Of a DNA stretch of 64,000 nt, positions 51,045-62,702 are shown in pieces. The stretch covers positions 62,001-126,000 of the forward strand of contig NW_003314287.1 in the NCBI RefSeq assembly GCF_000143415.4, written 5' to 3'. The translations under genes were made by a program, and so were the position numbers. This DNA comes from Selaginella moellendorffii. Lineage: Eukaryota; Plantae; Lycopodiophyta. Every line of letters starts with the position of its first letter. The stretch's first letter is position 1. The notes under the pieces are model-generated. The model had not been told where the DNA came from. It saw only the letters and a program-made list of their open reading frames with translations, and did no database searches.

Positions 51045-51696
51045 ATGGGCAAGGTTCCGGACCCTCCACGAGTGGAAGCAATGCCCGAGGCCGACAAGGT
51101 TCCGGACCCTCCACACCGCAAGCTTCCGGACCCGCGACTGCTGAAGGAGGTCCTTGGCATCCTGGAGACTTGGAATCAGGGGTGTTGTCGCCGGATCCTA
51201 TGCCGCCATGGCACACTCTGTCTGGAGGACGAGCAAAGACATGGATATGAACATCTCTCTCCAGACGAGCGAGACTGAGCGGTTCCAAAAGATGGTGGAT
51301 GAAGTGCAAGATACGCACTGGGTAGAGCGCTTGTCGGGCCCTTTTTATATTTTCTCTGCCTTGTCTTATTTGTTTTTGTCTGTTGACTTCTTCGATACGT
51401 GGTGGGGATCGGCTGAGGCCATTGAAAGCTCAACCTTCAAAGCTATCCCCGAACCAGGAGTTCCACCGGAGCAAGCTGTGGTGCTCCCTGTAATCCCCCC
51501 CGAGTCAATCTGCCTTTTCAAAACCATCAGCCTCGATTTCAACAGGCGTCGTGGTCGAAAGGATCGAACCGACATCTTCAATATTCTGAAGTGCGCCTCT
51601 CCGTCCGAGCGCCAGCGGATCAACGACTACCTGGGCAAAATCATTCCCAACAAAGCTCTCTGGCGCGAAGTCATGGTGGAGGCTGTAGGCTGTTGA
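51045..51696 (+). CDS. AbiEii/DUF6036-like Pol-beta-superfamily nucleotidyltransferase with an apparent frameshift near 51165
   Basis: LGIRGVVAGSYAAMAHSVWRTSKDMDMNI (GS...RT.DxD), VDFF, and VIPPESICLFK...RGRKDRTDIFNIL (K...R.KD..D). The N-terminus MGKVPDP...LLKEVLGILE lies in a different frame. Confidence 0.7.
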
Positions 51697-52235
51697 GCCA
51701 TAGGTACGGGTTTCTTTGCTTTTGTGCATTTTCCATCGAGCTCAACCACTGCTCTCAGGTAGCCCGAGGAGCACAGCGTCCTCCCTTCTCGTTTTGAAGC
51801 ATGCAGAGACGTCGATCCGCACCTTTTCTTTTTGTTCCATCTTGTAGAAATGCTCCTGCGGAAATGCGCAAGTTCATTTTGCAATGATCTCTGGCTCCGC
51901 GCTCCTCTTGACAGATTCAAAGGTGACGAACTGGCTCGGAGGGGAGGACGTTCCAGTCTCGAGGACACAAGGTTGTTCCACTACTGCCGCTCCAAGATCC
52001 AAAACAGGTGAGCTCAACCAAATAGGTGATGTTTTTTGAGAAGCAATTTGTTTGAGATCCACTTCTATGAATGAGTTTATGGATGTTTCATGAATGGCAG
52101 AACGAAATTAGTTTCACAATTGCATCTTTGTCATTTTTATTTTAAAAGTGAAAGAGAAAACCTTCAACATCCACTAATGTGGCATTGGTACCAGAGTGGT
52201 CTACATCAACAAAAAGGAGCTGGCAGCGGTGTTGT

Positions 52236-53700
52236 CTACCTAGTGCGAGCGTCCCACGCCTTGACAAGCTCCAGCAGCGCACTCTGTTCGTCTCGGTTGG
52301 ATGGTAGCACTCTAGGAAGCGCTGGCGTGGACTCACACGCGAACATCGCGTTGTAGAGAGCAAGTTCCTGCCAGGAACCACGTCAAGTCAGTCGAGGGGG
52401 GAGGGTAAAGGGAGAGGGAGAGGGGAGAGCCACCTTTGATCCAGCAGTAATCTTCACTTGCACATGAATCCTTTGTTCACCACTGCACTCCTCCTCGGGC
52501 TCCGTCCGCATGACGAACGCTTCCAGCTGCACAGAAGTCCCGAGCTTGGCCTGGACGCACAGAGGATTAGCACCAGGAAGGAACAAAGAAGTCAAGCTCA
52601 CTCACCCCCTCCAAGAACTTGACGTGATATATGTGCTTGAGCCGTGGTCTACTGCGGCCGTGGCCAAAGCGCGCGGCAAAGCCATATGCAGTGCACATGG
52701 CCAGCCCACAAGCTTCAGCCAAGAGCTCCCCCCCAAACACTGATCCCTGCGAGTTGAGCTGCTGAGGCTCCACCACAAAACACGTTTGGTGTCGAGTCCT
52801 CTGGATCAAGACAGCACTAGCATCATCCTTGCTTCCCGCCGCCAGCAGTTGCCGCCCCTCGTCGAGCATGCATCCCACAAGTTGCTGCCAGGCTCCAGGC
52901 GCGGCGTGATGATCGTGGTGATTATCCACATCCACGCGTCTGGCTTCAAGAGCGTTCACCCGCGCTGGCTTGCCAGTTATCCTGTCGCGGGCCACGAAGA
53001 CGAGGCCAGCCTCCAGGGCAGTAGCTTGGTGCTGCACAGCTTGGATGTGAACGTGGAGGGAGCTGCGGCCGGCTCGTTGCACTGTGCCAATGAGCTCCAC
53101 GTCCACATCGAACAGGAGCGGCTTGTGGATGACCAGGCCATCCAAGAGTACCGTCAAGAACACAAGCGGCCTCGAGGTACCTTCGTCTCCGAGGCAATGC
53201 TGCAGCACAGCCAAATTAGCGGTAGCTTGGAAGAGAGATAGATATGGCGATCTCACCTTGCGGCAGACGTGCCCTCCCAGGCAATCCATATCTTTGAGCA
53301 GCCTCGCCATGCTAATCTCCTGCATGTGGTCCTGGTAGTGGAGCTGGAGGAGCCTGTCCGTGGCCAAGGGGAAGTGGACGCTCACACGCCCGTCTTGCAC
53401 TGATCGCCGCGGCAACGAGAGCTGGGAGGCGGCCAGCGAGTCGAGGCGAGTGAAACAACCGTCGCCTCCTTCCCCGCCACCCTCAGCAGGCCAGTTGATG
53501 AGTCCCAGCGAGTCGCGAGCTGCGGGCCTGGAAGCCAGCCACTTCCACTGCTCCACGGTCACGGGGGATACGTACAGACTGCCTGGGAACAGCGCCATCG
53601 GCATCTTCTGCTGGTAATGCTGCTGGCGCTGCCGTGGCGGCGGCGGCGGCGGGGGCACCAACAGCGCCGGATGACTTACCTCCTGTATGCTCCCCGCCAT
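52236..53700 (-). CDS. Acyl-CoA thioesterase, double hotdog fold (ACOT9-like), multi-exon
   Basis: SVHFPLATD, ISMARLLKDMDCLGG, GTVQRAGRSSL, FVARD, EPQQLNSQGSVFGGELL, and C-terminal exons ending PRVLPSNRDEQ...RTR*. The start codon is uncertain. Confidence 0.8.
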
Positions 53701-54189
53701 CACCGGTTTAGGGCCGACCACAAAGCTGGATGGTTATTCATTGAAGGGTTACAAGAAGTTCCCTATCCCTCCATTGACAAGCTCACCGCTTTCTCCGCTT
53801 CCTCTCGGGCAGTCAGATCTCACGCTAGCGCGCCGGGCATGATCCTGGCCAGATTGAATTTCGATATAAGCATGAGTCGCTCGCTACCAGTGAGCGGAAA
53901 GAAAACAAAAAATCTCGAGCTTGATGCTTGCCTGATATTTTCTTGTGGTGGCTCCGGCTCACTCACTGAGCAAAATCCTTTGTTACCCCCTTGGAAGAGA
54001 ACAAAGACATACTTTGCCGATTGTGTAGAGATCGCTGTTGGTGTTCCCCTGAAAAACCAAGGACAAAAATAAAATAAAATAAGAGCTGTCGAGGGACATC
54101 CAAGCCGCTCGAATGCAACTGCCTGGAATAGTTACATCCAAGCCGTCTAAATGCAGCTGGATGTCCGGATGTTAACGGAATTTCCCGAG

Positions 54190-55034
54190 GCGTGCTCATG
54201 AGCTCTATGGTCTGGCCGTGACAACAAGCACACTCCACCTTTGTGTTTGATCCCCGAGACGATGCCATCGCAAGAACGTGGGAAAGTGTTGCACGCTTTG
54301 GCATTAGTGACCTGTGCGCACTCCCCACGATGCTGATCGCGGGCATGAAGTACCCCATCCCCACGGGCTCTTTGGGAACACTCAAACGTATCTTCTACGG
54401 GGGCGATGCATTCCCTGAGCGACAGGAGATCGAGTCTCACCTGGCACCCGTGCGCCTGGTACAGCAATACGGGATGACGGAGTGCGGCCAGATTTCCATG
54501 GGAACCACGGCAAACGCGGGCTACCTCCTTCCAGGGATCGAGGCGAAGGTCGAGTTCAACGGTGTGAAGCTTTACCCCGGAGAGCAGGGCCGTCTCTGGG
54601 TGAGGGGAGACGGCGTGGTCACTACTGTGCGTGGCAAGGATAGGTTTGCGGACACGGGGGACATTGGATTTTTCGACTCGGACAACCGGCTCCACCTAGT
54701 TGGACGTGAAAAGGACATCACCAAGGTCAAATGCAATCAGGTTCCGTGCTAGCTGCTGGAGGCCATCGCGCTCCAGTGTCCGGGAGTCCGAGAGGTTGCA
54801 GTTGTGGGCAAACCAGAGCGAACCTACGGTCACGTTCCCGTGGCATTTGTCGTCATGGATCCACCCAGGGATGCCAACGCCATCATTGCCTTCGTCGGGA
54901 AGCTTGCACCAGAGTGGTACATGCCGATTCACGACGTCATCTTCGTCCCCGAGCTGCCAAGGACGCCCATCACTGCCAAAGTCATAGCGTACACTGTTGA
55001 AAACCATACAAAATGCAAAGGAAAAAGAAATTGA
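54190..55034 (+). pseudogene. 5'-truncated acyl-CoA ligase / 4CL-like adenylate-forming enzyme
   Basis: QQYGMTECG, GRLWVRG, DTGDIGFFD...VGREKDITKVK, EVAVVG...GHVPVAFVV and ELPRTPITAK. In-frame TAG at 54750-52; the N-terminal AMP-binding loop is absent. Confidence 0.85.
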
Positions 55035-55160
55035 ACAAAGGATTCATGTGCAAGTGAGCACGTCCTTACTCTCTACAGCGCGACGTTGGTCCACTCCAGC
55101 GCTTCCTAGAACCGAGACGAGCAAAGTGAGCCGGTGGAGCTTCTCACGCTCGCACTCGGT
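55035..55160 (+). repeat. Inverted, internally deleted copy of the thioesterase 3' exons (52236-52475)
   Basis: gattcatgtgcaagtga, ccagcgcttcctaga, aaccgagacga and acgctcgcact match the reverse complement of 52236-52475. Confidence 0.75.
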
Positions 55161-57204
55161 AGAGAACATCGCTGCAAGCGCCTTTTTGTATGCGCTCAGC
55201 TCAACGCCAGGACACTTCCCAACGTGCCTCCAAACTCTCCGACCGATTCAGTCTCCATAACGCTGCGCACCTTGAGCACCATCTCCTCGCCTCTTTCCGT
55301 CACCGCCAGCAGCGCCTAAGGGACAGTCTGCTGGATGGCTCATGCTCGATCTGAGAAAGATCGCGATGAATGAGAGAGCGGCGATCACAAGAAACTTATG
55401 TTCAGGACATCGTTTAATCAAACAGGTTTGCAGTGCTGCTCCGGGGAACGAACTGGTGCTGGAGCGGTAAAGATTGCTGTCGACATGGTTGGCGAAAGGC
55501 TTGTGGACCAGCGCCTTTTTACCATTAGTTTTTTTATTTCGATGACCGTTGAAATAGGTTTTTGGAGGCGGAATTAAAATGTAGATAATCTAATTTTATA
55601 CCTTACAACCTTGAACAATTAATTTTAGGTCGAAAATGGTAATGATAACCACTTTATTGCTTGTGCTTAACTAAGAACACACACAAACAAATGGGGGAGA
55701 AGATCATTTGGAAAGTTTTCAAAGATGATTATATGTTGTACCTTGGTCACCCCAAAACCTCACTTGGACTAATCATAAGCATATAGAATATTGCTTCTCC
55801 AAGTGGAGGTCCTCCTAGCATCACTCATAAATATCATATAATCATTGACTACAGCTCCACTGGGAAAAGAATTATCACAAATAGTTGGAAATTTTTTTGA
55901 CTAGAATCCAGAGCTAATCCCAGTCACCACCACTGATCATCATCTCAAGAACACAGTGTTTAGTTTCAAAGATTCCAAAGATGTGTTAAATTTTTAACTA
56001 TCAAAGCACAAATAAAAGTGTATCTATTTAGATAATAAGCGCATAATAATAAGTATAACAAAATTTTATTCTTCGCTCAAAATTTCAATTATGGAAAAAT
56101 TACTCTATAATACCTAATATTTTTTAATAGCACTATAGAATCTTTAATAATGTTTTTTTTTGTTATGTGTGTAAATACACAATGTTTTAACATGCTCTAT
56201 TTGAGTGAAATATTATAATTCCAACTTCACAATGCTATAGATGGCATGGTTCTACCAACAAGGAAAATCTAATGTACTATCAAAGTTTATTTATTATCCA
56301 TCAACTTTTCTTGTAAAGGGTGATTCTTATGTTTTTGAATTTTTCTCAGGTTCTTTACAGCTTAGATCAAGATGCTCCACCACCTCCTAGTAGTGATCGA
56401 GAATAGTTTGAGACAATCATGTGCCACTACTCAAGCCTCGTCTACTATCATAATTTTCTTGTGCATCGTGGTGAGGTAGATTTTATTCCAATTGTCAAGC
56501 TTGGACATATTGTCCTCACCTTATGGCAATGACTCATCCCTATTGCCTTTTTTTCATCCTTTCTCCCTCATTGCATCCCGATGTGCTTCATATGCTTTCT
56601 TCTTCACCTGCTAAGTACCACACAGCATGTTACCTGACACCCACCATCTAACAAAAACGTTGCGTAAAGCAGTGTCAAAGCTGTCCGATCCCTTGTTACC
56701 AATGTAGACACAGTAGGATCGGAGTGGAGAGACAGTGGGTAATCACGTGGAAACATTTGTTTTCTCTTTTCATTGTGGGAACATATGTTTTTTTAGGGAA
56801 GGCTGAGTAGCACTGGGATGTGGTGCAATTTGTTCCTGATACTCTATTTTCTTTTATCTATAACAAGTCTAGCTCCTCTGTTTATGTAAATTGAAACCAT
56901 TACCTTATTGTTAAATGCCCAACTTGCATTTATATTTTCCACACTATTAGACTTTCATACGCAGATCATAACCACCATTCTGGGTGATTCAACAATAGCC
57001 ACACTGACAAGTAGATCTAGAACAATAGCTTGATCTCATTCAAGAGATACACAAGGCCGTCTGGAGCTAGTCCCCTTGCCACTGACTGTAAAAACATCTA
57101 TCTTTATATATGATATACATTATGATATTAATTACAGATTATTCTAATCTATATAACTTCACTTATTTATGTTGAGTCTACATCTTGATGAGCTTTGATA
57201 TACA

Positions 57205-57528
57205 GCTACTAAATTTTAAGATTATTAAAAAAGAAATTAAAATTTCGTTAAAAGTGTAACACTATCAAAAAGATCTCTAGTATAAAAAATATATATGACC
57301 ACTATATCAAACTATAAAAGTGTGACAAAGTATGCATTCTATTCCATATCTTAGGATTCAATAATTAACATTAAACTTAGTATGTCTATGGTTGTTAAAA
57401 TGTGTGTAGGGAAACTACTTTATAACCAAAAAAGATCATATATTTTTTTTACTAGAGATCTTTTTGATAGTGTTACACTTTTAACTAATTTTTAATTTCT
57501 TTTTTAATAATCTTGAAATTTAGTTAGC
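57205..57528. mobile_element. MITE/foldback element with imperfect terminal inverted repeats of about 95 bp
   Basis: aaaagtgtaacactatcaaaaagatctctagta pairs with tactagagatctttttgatagtgttacactttt. The element is flanked by ACA on both sides (possible TSD). Confidence 0.75.
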
Positions 57529-57532
57529 ACAA

Positions 57533-57793
57533 TTGCCATGTCAAAAAAATCCAGTGTTTCACTCCAGGACAAAACACATTGATATCCAACATCACTTTGT
57601 TTGGGAGACAACAGATGGTGAAATCAACTCAATCTACACACCAACGCACAATCAGGTAGCACATATTTTCACAAAGGCACTTGGAGAATCCAAGTTTTTC
57701 AAGCTCAGACATAAGTTCAATCCAAGTTTTTCAAGCTTAAACATAAGTTCAGAGTCCGAGCTTGAAGGTCAAGTTGGTTGCTATTTGTATTAG
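57533..57793 (+). mobile_element. Ty1/Copia RNase H C-terminal fragment
   Basis: NPVFHSRTKHIDIQHHFV...QVAHIFTKAL. Confidence 0.88.
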
Positions 57794-57920
57794 GTTTTGT
57801 CAGTGTTTTATATACAAGTTTCTTGTTTCTTGTGTTGAGCTGAAGCTCTGCCTTTCTCGTTTCACTCCCGGATGCGAACTCCAGCCCGTGGTTGAACTTT
57901 TTGACGAGTTCTACTTGATA

Positions 57921-58800
57921 ATGGCAGCGGCCTTAGCACCTCTCGGAAGCCTTTCCATCCCAGGTAGAGTCTTCTTATGAATGTTTCCACTAGACAGCTC
58001 AGTGTTTGTTTATTTTTTCTAGACAAGCACCACATGAGCGAATGGGAGCGAGACGTAAAGCAACTGCGTGCTGCATTCGAGAAACTCGAGGATGTGGTTG
58101 CGGAAGCTGTGTCGTTGCGTCAAAAGCTACCAGAGGCGTCGGAGCCGCTGCTGAGTTCGATCTTTCGCTGCACAGAGGTAGACAAACAAACGCGAACCCG
58201 AAGCTATGTTCTTGTAAAAGTTCTCAGCTGATCATTGTTTTCCTTTGCCAGGGAGTAGCATCATCATCAGCGCCCTTGCTCTCATACAGGGACCGAGAGA
58301 GGGTAGCGGAAAAGCTGTTTACCTCGCAGAGCGTGAGCGAGACGTGGGAGGAGAGCCTGCAAATGGGCAACTTCTTAAACGGGCTCTGCAGGGACGTGCT
58401 CCTGCCTTGCTACGAGAAGGAAGCGGTGGTGGTGGCAGCAAGAACAAGACCAAAAGGAGATCCAGCTCGCCCATCTACATGTTTAGATCCCGTTGGTAGT
58501 GTCACAGTTTTAACAATAGTGGTCACTATTTTTGTGTGGTCAATTATAACAATGTCGGATGGTAAACTTCTACGCGGGTGATAAAATGTGGATTCAATGA
58601 CAAAATTCTGCTGATTTATCTATAGTTTCTTCAAGGGCCTTGAACTTTCGCAATGTTCGCGGCTGGTTTGTACAAGGCTATGCAGGAACCCGTGGAGAAT
58701 GGCCTCTCTGAAGAAGCCGTGAAAAGTCTGGCTAACTTCTACCGAGGCGTTATCGAAAGGTACGTTGCGAACTGGATATGGACAGCCTTGCTAACTTGCA
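57921..58800 (+). CDS. Putative multi-exon gene of unknown function
   Basis: GC-richer coding-like blocks (MAAALAPLGSLSIP; DKHHMSEWERDVKQLRAAFEKL; GVASSS...) separated by about 60-bp GT-AG introns. No family recognised and the 3' end is uncertain. Confidence 0.45.
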
Positions 58801-59195
58801 AACTTCTAAGGAGGGGATGCTTGGTCCAGATTAACAAGAAAACCTCGCTTTTGACAAAGCTAGTCTTTGTTTGCAACTTCACCTTGATTCTGGAGATCAA
58901 AAAGTTATTATGTTAGATTTTGAAAATAATGGCCTTGGGAATCCCTTACTTTTCTTTCCTTTGTTGCCGGTGGTGTTCTTCCTGCTTTTCCGTTGCTATT
59001 GATAATTCCCGGTGATCCTAATGAAATGCCTCGAGATTTTCTCGCTCTGCTTGGCAACGATGCCGACTGGAAGGGCGTGGCAGCAGCAGTGCCAAGGAAA
59101 AACAGGAGGGGTGATATCTCCGTTTCCAGAGCAGGAGAAGCCTAGAAAAAACCTTTCGAGTGACTGCAGCGTTGAGTTTATCAAGCATGAGGTAT

Positions 59196-59678
59196 TTATA
59201 GTGTTTCTAAATCACTTTCAATGCCTTCCTTCCACTGCTTAAGCGGCGGCCTCAAATCCTCCAGCGACGAAATCCCTTCGAGCAGCGGCAGTAGCTTGAT
59301 CAAATTCTTCTCGCGCTCTTCCTCCTCCATGCTCCACTCCGAAAAGGGCACAACCGCCAAGCCATTCTCCTCATTGCCCGCAAACGCGAGTGGATTGTCG
59401 TCTATGGCCACCACTCTTCTCAAATCCTTTCCCAAAATCTCCAGCGGCTTGGTGCCCCGGACGCAAGAATCATTGTAGAGGCGGCGCGCGACATTCACTT
59501 TGAGAATGTGGTCGATGATCCGATCCGCGCGCTCCCGGTTGCCGGATGTGAACACGACGATCTCGTAGAGCTTGCTTACTCTGGCCAGGAATTCATCCAG
59601 CCCCGGCCGCTTGGTCGCCCTTCCACATACCAGCGTGTTGTCGATGTCCAGCACAAGCGTCGGCTTGGAGCTCTCCAT
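59196..59678 (-). CDS. Minimal intronless FCP1/SCP-like HAD phosphatase, paralogue of 6175-6708
   Basis: LVLDIDNTLV, KRPGLDEFL and IDDNP; closely similar to the 6.2-kb copy except at the termini. Confidence 0.85.
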   Translation of the reverse strand: MESSKPTLVLDIDNTLVCGRATKRPGLDEFLARVSKLYEIVVFTSGNRERADRIIDHILKVNVARRLYNDSCVRGTKPLEILGKDLRRVVAIDDNPLAFAGNEENGLAVVPFSEWSMEEEEREKNLIKLLPLLEGISSLEDLRPPLKQWKEGIESDLETL

Positions 59679-59752
59679 ACCGCTACCCTAAAAATTTAAG
59701 CCTTGATTCTAGGGCATATCCGTTTTTCTTCTTCCTCTTGAGAGCTTTGGCA

Positions 59753-60200
59753 ATGGCAAAGGCGCAGGTTTTGGGAGCTGGAAAGTACGGAACCGTGTAC
59801 GCCGCAGGAGAATCGATGGCGCTCAAGGTCGGAAAGGCGGTGGCGGCCTTGGATTACGAGTATTCCACTCTCGAAAAGATTTCGCTAGCTTGGAGCGCCA
59901 AACAAGATCGGGGAGTCTCGGTACCGCGGCCGCTGGGTGTTTTCGTGTCGGCAGAGAATTTCGCGACGGCGGAGGGCGGGCAGGCTTTGATCCAGGGAGA
60001 AATCGTCGCCGACAAGGATGAGCCGTGTTTTCTCATGGACCGCGTATTTCCGTTGCCTGTTGGGACGCTGGCGCTGAGGGTTTGACGACTGGGCCGCCCA
60101 AGATTTGCAAGCTCTACCTCTGCGGACGCGAGTTTCCGATAATGGATCCAAGCCCGCGCTCTAAGTACGGGTTCGCTAGCGCGCAAGGTTCTTGAACGGG
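59753..60200 (+). pseudogene. N-terminal part of a protein-kinase-like gene resembling fungal DUF3669-associated kinases; frameshifted and truncated
   Basis: LGAGKYGTVY (Gly loop), ALKV, LDYEY, VPRP and FLMDRVFPLP, then ICKLYLCGR in a shifted frame. No catalytic loop follows. Confidence 0.6.
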
Positions 60201-60405
60201 TTCTCGAGCGTTCCAAGTGATTTTTAGGGTTCTAACGGACACTTAGAGGTGAGATAAGCCACTTGACACTGAGAAAAATTCATAGTTTCGAAACTTCGAA
60301 CTGGCAATGTAGAAATTGTGTATAGCTCGCTAGAAGAAATCTCCACTAATATCCGGAATGAAAAATTCATAGCTTTGGAACTTCGCGTTTTCCCGACGAT
60401 TCCTG

Positions 60406-62071
60406 TTAACTTGCCACTGCTGGCGACGGCCCGTTTGCGTGATTTGGAGCGTTATTGTTGTTGGAGCTGCTGCTGTTGCTGTAGTAGCCTCTACCGCGAC
60501 GATTTCCTCCACTTCCATAGTAGCTATTGCGTTGGTAGTAGCCACTCTGATCGTAGTACTGACCACCACCGTTCCCTGCGTTACCACCGCCTCGGTTACC
60601 ATTTGCCGGTGCGTAGTTACCGCCGCCGCGATAGCCTCTACCGCCACCACGGCCACGTCCACGAGGATAGTTAGCACCACCGCCACCGCCAACGTTACCA
60701 CCGCCGCCGCCACGGTTTCCTCTAAACTTCTGCTGGAATCCTTGTTGCGGTTGATGTTGGCGAGGAGTGGTTTCATCGGGTTGTCGTTGGTCCTCGGCTG
60801 GCTGGGCTTCCTCGTGAGGCAAGCTCTTGATTGGATTCACGTCCAGCTAGAAAAACCATAAATCTCAGCCTCTAAAACATGAAAGATGAAGCTAAACCTG
60901 AAAGGCCTCGGAATTGGCCCCGGAGCTGTCGGAGACGTTTTCGGTGGGAGCATCGCCATTCACGTAGTGTTCCTGAGGGACCTGAAAGTTATGCGAACTA
61001 TAAGCTTCCAAGGTTGAAAACTTTACCCCAAGCTCGGGTCCAAACTGTCCCACTGCGATCTCTGATGTTACAGTCTGCAGCTCAGGCGTCATGGTGAAGT
61101 ACTCGGTCGCCAATATCCTGTTTAGTCTGTCTCGCAGCTCAGTGTCTATGAGAAAAACAAGAACAAAGTTAAGGAAAAACACGAAGAGAAAAACACGAGA
61201 GCCAGTGGATACATGTCACGTTGAGGATGTTGGCATCGATGATCGCGTCCGAGTTGAGCAGCCAGTGTCTCGCATGAGCGATACAGGCCTGGAGAGCGTC
61301 CCGGTGCGATAGCGTCGTGTTTGGCGGCCGAGAAGTCATGAGCGATCCAAACGCAGCCAGGGCGTCCAAGTCGGCGTCGGTGAGATGCGAAGTGGAATCA
61401 TCGGTGACGAGATCGTAGGACAGGCACGAAACTCTCTCGTGGTACTTGACAGTCCGCATGAACGAGTGAGCCTCCCCCTGGGACTGGACGTCGAAGAGAA
61501 GCGCAAAGTAGAGGAGCTGGATGAGCTCCAGCATGAGATGCTCGTCCACAGCAACGCTGCCACTGTCAACCGGAACTTCGATCTTCTCGTTCTCCTCGGT
61601 AGCAGCAGCGGGAGTAGCAGTAGCAGCAGCGGCAAAGGCAGGATCACCACCACCACCACCAACATTGTCAGCCTCGCCACTACCAGCATTCTCCAGGTTT
61701 TCATTGCTGGCCTCCTCCGACTCGGTTCTGGCCTCCTCCAAGTTCTCGCTGGAAGCCACTCCAGAAACTTGCTCCTCCTTGGCAGCAATCCATTCCTTCT
61801 CCTTCTCGGCAATCTCCTCCCTCACCGCGACGAGCAAAGGTTGCCGGAGGCGATCATACTCCTCCATCAGCGTCAGCACCTGGACCTTGCTCTTGAGAAC
61901 ATCCTCCTGCTCCTTGTTGATAGCCTTGCCTTTCTCCTTGGCCTCCTCGAGCTGGACGATTCGATTGTACTTCTTCTTCAGCGCTCGCAGCCGCTTGTTC
62001 ATCATCGTCAACACCGGCCCATCCTTTCCACAGCTCGAATCCTCCACACCACTTACATCTAGAGCTGCCAT
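60406..62071 (-). CDS. Caprin-like coiled-coil protein with a Gly/RGG-rich tail (At1g27090-type), multi-exon
   Basis: GPVLTMMNKRLRALKKKYNRI...INKEQEDVLKSK, LLYFALLFDV, HERVSCLSYD and a C-terminal RGRGRGGGRGY. Confidence 0.9.
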
Positions 62072-62702
62072 CTCTCTCTCTCCCTCCCCCTTTTACTTTT
62101 CCTTCTACAAACTAAGAAAAGACCTCGTTAGAATGGAAGAACCTCACAGCTCACAGCTCCATCTCCTCTCTCGAGATTTCGCTCGCTCGCTCGCTCGCCC
62201 GCCCTAAATCGAAGACCAGACCTTCCAAACAGTGGCGAAAGCGAGGAGAATCCGCGCGCCGAGCTCGCGCCGAGAGCCGCGCCCTTGCAATGCCGCCGCT
62301 CTCGCACAGAGGATGAGGAACGACGGAACCCTAAAAATTTGTGACGCCCAATTTTTTGGAGGGGGGGATATACCCGAATCATCCTAATTCGCTTAGCTCG
62401 TGTGGTTATCAAAGAATATTCATCGCATCGTATTTACACAGGCAAGCCACAGGGGAAAAAATTCAAGCAAGAAATAAAAATCACGAACCTCTGTGATGTA
62501 AAACTTGAGCTTGAGCTGGGCTTGCTTCTCCCGCCAGTTTTTTTTTACTCAGTTTTTTTCTCTCGGTTTTTCTTTGTTTTTCTTCTTTTTTTTGCCAGTT
62601 TTTTTTCTCCAATACATATTTTTTTCATCTTTTTTCTTTCCTATCGATTATCCTTTTTTTTCCTAGTACCTGCTTTCGAGCAACAATGGAGAGATAAATA
62701 GA

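Noticed and set aside
51760-52062. Short minus-strand ORFs after the NTase gene, considered as a possible antitoxin
   Set aside because: Interrupted by stops, with no recognisable motif.
61385-62207. 225-aa and 228-aa plus-strand ORFs
   Set aside because: Antisense shadows of the caprin-like gene.
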